Part shown: positions 58,847 to 64,000 of the stretch, in pieces
How the letters are laid out: every line of letters starts with the position of its first letter
Numbering within the stretch: the first letter of the stretch is position 1
Assembly (NCBI RefSeq): GCF_009914755.1
Contig: NC_060929.1
Origin: the human T2T-CHM13v2.0 reference genome, Homo sapiens
DNA length: 64,000 nucleotides
Direction: 5' to 3' (one strand)
Program-made: the position numbers and the translations under genes
Notes under the pieces: generated by a model
The model's input: the letters and a program-made list of their open reading frames with translations, nothing else
Databases searched by the model: none
What the model was told of the DNA's origin: nothing

Positions 58847-59592
58847 TGTATAGTTTGTATTCTCTAGAGCAGATGCTGATACAGAGTTTGGGGTAGAAGA
58901 CATTTATTAGAAATTAACAACTATGGAAGGAGAAGGATAAAAACCATCTGGTGGCCAGGTGCTGTAGTTCATGCCTGTAATCCCAGCACTTTGGGAGGCC
59001 GAGGCAGGAGGATTCATGAGGTCAAGAGTTCAAGACCAGCCTGGCCAAGATGTTGAAATCCCATCTACTGAAACCTACAAAAATTAGCCGGATGTGGTGG
59101 CAGGTGCCTGTAATCCCAGCTACTCAGAAGGCTGAGGCAAGAGAATTGCTTGAACCTGGGCGGCAGAGATTGCAGTGAGCCAAGATCACACTACTGCACT
59201 CCAGCCTGGGCGACAGAGTGCGACTCCGTCTCAAAACAAACAAACAAACAAACAAACCAATCTGGGGCAGAAGAAGTCAAACTGCTCTCAGGCTCAACAA
59301 ATTCAGCAGCCTGGACTGAGTTTTGCCTGTCAGTGTTTTCCCATGGGGACTGAACTGACTGAGCCTTCACACACCACTCCTCCCCACTTTGCTAAGTCAC
59401 ATAATGCAGGCTATCCTGATAGGAGCTTGATCCCAAACAAGGTGGCTCTCTATAGCAGAAACAATCTCCCTCCTCCTCTTGAAGGAGGTGACAGCTGGGA
59501 GTTGTCCACCAGCTACACACAGGGTGATGCTTTGCAAGTCCTTTCTTGAAGAGAAATCTGGCCAGTGCATCTCTATTTCAACCTTCACCACA
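58847..59592 (-). mobile_element. LTR16(C)-like ERVL solo LTR, interrupted by an Alu
   Basis: Reverse complement starts tgtggtg...ccagatttctcttcaagaaaggacttg and ends aataaatgtc...ccaaactctgtatcagcatctgctctagagaa...aca. Confidence 0.8.
58953..59256 (+). mobile_element. AluS with (AAAC)n tail
   Basis: Full dimer. TSD-like aaaccatctgg / aaaccaatctgg. Confidence 0.96.
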
Positions 59593-60094
59593 CTTCCCAA
59601 AGACTAAGATATATGGCCAGTAACTTCCCTACAAGAGAAAAATGACTGTTTGCCAAGATTGCTTCATAGCCAGTCCAACTTATTTGCAAACTCTTTCTGG
59701 TATTGATGTTTGTATGAGTGATTTTTAAGTTGATAGTGTTTGTGGCCAAAAACGTGGACGTACAGAGCATAAACTGTTGCTTCTCAAGGTGGGCCAGCAC
59801 ATTTACCTCTTCTGGAATCATTAATACTTGGGTGCTGAAGCAAATGTGTGTTAAACAAACATGAAACATTTAAATTATTCATAGAGGTATTATGAAGCAG
59901 TGTGTCTGCATGTGCTACACCTGACAGTGAGGGTGGAGGATGGTAAATTCATGCCCTGCTTCAACACTACACAACATCTGGATTACTCTCTCTTCCCTGA
60001 GTCCCCATTACATTTTGCTATAAACCTCTTATTTGAGTGTATCAGTTCCAAAAAGGCAAAGCTCATGTTTAAACACGTTCGTGTTATTCATCAC

Positions 60095-60530
60095 CATAGA
60101 AGATATTGCTGATGGCCTGCCTCATATCTCCTCTGCCCACCTCTGAGTTCATCTACAGCTGTGTAGAGTTTCCTGGAAGGCTGACATCTTCCCACTTCAA
60201 GTGCCTGTTTTTCTCTACCTCCCTGCCAGAGAGCAACTAAAAACAGCTGGAAGAGGACACTTCCTCCCCTCCAGCAATCCTTCTCCCATGGCAGATAAGA
60301 GGTGGTGTTCATATGGTCCCCCGCTACCCACCATCTCCAAGCTTCAAGGGTTCCTCAGTGTGTCTCCAACAGAATTAAGCCCCATTTGCCCCCTTATAGA
60401 TATTCTAATGTTTCCTGTCTCACTTTCTGTACTTTTTCACTTGTGCTTCCTGTGGTCACCTTCTAAATAAATTACCTGCAACCAATTCCTTGTCTCTGGA
60501 TCTCCTTTTCGGAGAGTCCAAACTAAAACA
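60095..60530 (+). mobile_element. LTR33-like ERVL solo LTR
   Basis: 3' end cttcctgtggtcaccttctaaataaattacctgcaacc...ttgtctc...ccaaactaaaaca. Confidence 0.7.
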
Positions 60531-60639
60531 ACAACTGTATGTCCAGTAACTTTGTGTCTGGCAGTTAATTGTTCAACAAATGAGTGCTCCATTCTCAGAT
60601 TATAGGCTCTTGATCAGGTGTCCAGTTTTAGCTGAAAGT

Positions 60640-61570
60640 CTTGGGCCCAAAGCCAGATGACCCAGTCTCTAGTTCTCACACTACTATTTACTGTTCCTCT
60701 GACTTGGGGCTCTGGGCTTCACCTTCCTCCTTTGCAAAGTCTCCTTCCTCACAGGGTTCATATGAGATCAGAGAATGTGATGCACACATATGAAGGGATC
60801 TCAGATCATAAAGTGTCCCACTTGGCATTTATGTAACTTATTTAAGTTAAATAAGTTTCCTTTAGTAGATTCTAAACTCCTGTGGTAGGGATCATGCTTC
60901 CATAAGCTATATATTCCTAGACGGTCAAAGTGTACAACCTGAAAATTGGAACATAATTAATAATTGATGAATGTATTTTAAATAGCCAGTGTTATCCCCA
61001 GGGCTGTAAAGGGTGATGAGCAATAAACGTCTTCTCTGTCAAGTGCATTATTGTCCAGCTGGGAGGAAAGAATTAGCACAGGAACAAGAATCAGAGAGCT
61101 GCGCTCTGTGGTAAGCTTCTGACTAAGTGCTGAGGGGGAAAGAGAAGGGAGACATCACATTTGCTAGATTCGTTTTGGCAGATTATGGAAGAAATGAGAC
61201 CTGGTGAGCATTGAAGCCTGGGCAGGAAGAATCCTGTCTAAAGAATCTGCAAAGAAGTGAGAACAGCATGTGGATATGCTAAAGGAGTGAGCAACTTCAT
61301 GTGTCCTGGAGATAGGGTATAAAGTCACTAGATCATAGAGTGCAGAAAAGCAGCGCAGGATGTGGCCAAAAACACAAGCTCAGAGTCTTTATGTCTGCCT
61401 TGGAATATCACTGGGCCCTGGCTACTGTACATAAACCTCCATTTCCAAATCTGTATTAATTAGGGATGATAAAATCAACCCCCAATTTTGTATGACGCTT
61501 AAATTGTATCATATATGTGACACATTTATCATGTATTACACATTGCTGCTACCTGGCAGCATCTTACTAT
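60640..61570. mobile_element. Cluster of MIR and L2 relics
   Basis: MIR cores (ctccatttccaaatctgta, ttcctcacagggtt) and L2-like segments. Boundaries not resolved. Confidence 0.5.
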
Positions 61571-62007
61571 ATAATCTATAATTATTATATTCTTAATACT
61601 TTTATCATTATTCTATTGGTTAGTAGTAAATATAGGCATCCTATATGATTCAGGTATGAAGACTCTATTGATGTATTTGAATTTTGACTCTCCTCCTCAA
61701 TTCCAAATTCAACCACTAACTAGGAAAAAAGCTAATAAAAATAACAACCTAAGAAGTCTACTGAATTTTCAGTGCACCTACTGTCACCATATATATTTTT
61801 CCAGAATTTAAAGGAAAAAGTGTGCTGGTAAAAGAGGATGTTGTGTTTCCTAGAAAGTGAATACTATTTAATTTTCTAGGTTTATAACATGGCTTTCACT
61901 TGCAAATTACATCACTCCATTCTGGAAAGTTTCAAGAAGAAAAATTTTGGCTGAGCAAGCAAGTGCTTCCGAGCAATGTACTTGTAGCATTAGTTTTATT
62001 GTCACTA

Positions 62008-62067
62008 AATGCACTTATTTTGGGAAGAAATGGAATCAATGCACTTATTTTGGGAAGAAACAGAATC
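62008..62067. repeat. 30-bp tandem duplication
   Basis: aatgcacttattttgggaagaaatggaatc / aatgcacttattttgggaagaaacagaatc (28/30 identical). Confidence 0.95.
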
Positions 62068-62649
62068 AGTGCTATATTTGAATTCACACAAATAAAGTGC
62101 CAAGCAATCAGGCAGAAGCTTGCTCGGCCTTTCAGTTACCTTTATCATCATCTTATTATGTTGGAAATTTTGGTCAATTGTTTCTAATCAGACACTATTA
62201 AAAACATTGACCTAATTTCTTATAATGTGAGGTCTTTGATGTGAGACTTAACCAAAACAGCTTACTGTATTCAGAAATTCTTTTCTAGTCATCTCAAATA
62301 CATTTGGAAAACAAATACTATTATCATTAGAAACAGTCATTGGTGGGAAAGAAGAAATAGCACATATTTAAGTATTCATTCTACACTTCTAATATACAGA
62401 ATATTCTGCGTGTATTTATATTTTTATGGGACTAGTGATATTCTTTGAGTTTTATTGGAAGGCTATGAAATTTTTGTAGGTAGACTCTGTTTTATTGTTG
62501 AAAAATTAGAAAAAGTTATTTTTAAAAAAATATCAATCAGTATAAGAATGCATTGTGTTATTTTCATTTAGTTGCATGCTACTACATGTCAGTGGTAATA
62601 AATAAACTATAGCTATTGGAAACAAGAATATTTTAAAAAACAAAGTTTA

Positions 62650-62960
62650 GGCCGGGCACGGTGGCTCCCGCCAGTAATCCCAGCACTTTGGGAGGCCGAA
62701 GTGGGTGGACCATGAGGTCAGGAGTGTGATACCAGCCTGACCAACATGATGAAACCCCGTCTCTACTAAAAATACAAAAAATTAGCTGGGCGTGGTGGCG
62801 GGTGCCTGTAATCCCAGCCACTCAGGAGGCTGAGGCAGGAGAATTGCTTGAATCCGGGAGGCGGAGGTTGCAGTGAGCCGAGACCACACCTCTGCACTCC
62901 AGCCTGGGCGACAGAGGGAGACTCCGTCTCAAAATAATAATAATAATAATAATAATAAAA
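62650..62960 (+). mobile_element. AluSg-like with (AAT)n tail, inside an L1ME-like 3' remnant (~62540-63180)
   Basis: Full dimer. Flanking L1ME-like text (ataccatataatcc...aaaactaaatta). Confidence 0.95.
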
Positions 62961-63349
62961 TTAAAAACCAAAATTTAATGTTAGTTTAAGGAAGCAAAAA
63001 ATACCATATAATCCTTTTTATATAAATGTCAGAAACAGGGAAAACTAAATTATCCTGTTGAAGGGTCCATGGGTGATACCACTATAAAGAAAAGCAAGGA
63101 AATGATTACTAAAAATGAAAAGGTAAATATCACCTTTAGGGAGAAAAAAGAGAAAATGTTATCAGGGACACATGACATTGTCTCCTGAAAATAATTATTC
63201 TCTTGCATATGTCGCTTACTCCTTTGACCCTCTCTACTTCTGACTGATTATCAGAATAATTCATTCCTGATTAATTCTTACTCAGTCGGTTCTATACCTG
63301 TATGGGAGTAGCAGAAACTACCCAAGGAAAACTTTAACCATCCATTGTC

Positions 63350-64000
63350 TTTTTTTATATTTATGACCATAAACCCAAGTGATTCCCCAGGGCTGTCCAG
63401 TAATCCTTCCACATTTCCACATTCAATTCACCCTCCCTTAGTCTTTGGTGGGTATTTTATACTTTCCCCTATCTTCTCACACCTCAACATTCTTTTTCTC
63501 TACCCTTTTAGCTGAGGACCTGATTTCCCTGGAAAAACCAAGACAAGTAGATGAGAAAGTCCTCATTTTCTCATCTCTGAATCTATCAATCTGTATTGGT
63601 GCCCATATATCATGCCTTTCTTGCTGCAAGAAAAGAAACTGTTCTGCCTTTCTCTAAAGCCAAGCCTTCCATAAATATTGATTTTAATTCCTGCTTATCG
63701 TTTGAAGATTATTACTTTGGTCTTTTCTGTTTTCTCAGCTACCCTATCAATTTTTCTGTGCTGGATCACTCCCATCATGATAGAAACATACTGAAAATCT
63801 CTCTTTTATTAAAACAAAAAAGAAAACCTCAACCTCTGCCTTCATCCTATAACTCTCTTTGATTCTGTTTCATTCTAATCCAAAATTTATTCTGTCTCCA
63901 TTTTCCAACTCTTCTCTCTTTTCTCCTCCACTCAATCTAATCAAGCTATCATTTCCTTTATTCTACTGAAAACGTACTTACAAAGGTAGTGAAAACCCCC
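63350..64000 (+). mobile_element. L2 internal remnant
   Basis: Pyrimidine-rich L2-like motifs (ctggatcactcccatca, ctactgaaa). Confidence 0.55.

Overview
Primate (human-like), AT-rich, repeat-dense intergenic or intronic DNA. I found no recognisable host protein-coding exon, RNA gene or CpG island. Nearly all ORFs in the track are L1/Alu/LTR-derived or spurious. Main contents: a 5'-truncated L1PA (1-2092, -) beside a MER65-like ERV internal region and LTR; an old twin-primed (5'-inverted) L1MA; MLT1, MST, LTR16 and LTR33 solo LTRs; a full-length but dead L1PA4/5-like element (28615-34761, -) nested in an older L1PA15/16-like element; 15 Alu elements or fragments; and MER5, MADE1, MIR and L2 relics. 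The most notable structure is a ~5.7-kb MER41 element (19937-25662, -) shaped like its RNA rather than a provirus (R-U5-internal-U3-R). It ends 13 nt after AATAAA and is flanked by a degenerate 16-bp TSD with an L1 endonuclease site, so it is probably an L1-mediated processed retrocopy of a non-coding ERV RNA. Its U3 keeps both tandem GAS (STAT1) motifs. Other items worth checking are an ACTAGT-based palindromic minisatellite (~58021-58214), motif-rich palindromic non-repeat DNA (55.8-56.4 kb) and a candidate non-coding exon (10538-10629, -). Repeat subfamily names come from recalled consensus similarity, not from a database search, and boundaries of old elements are approximate.
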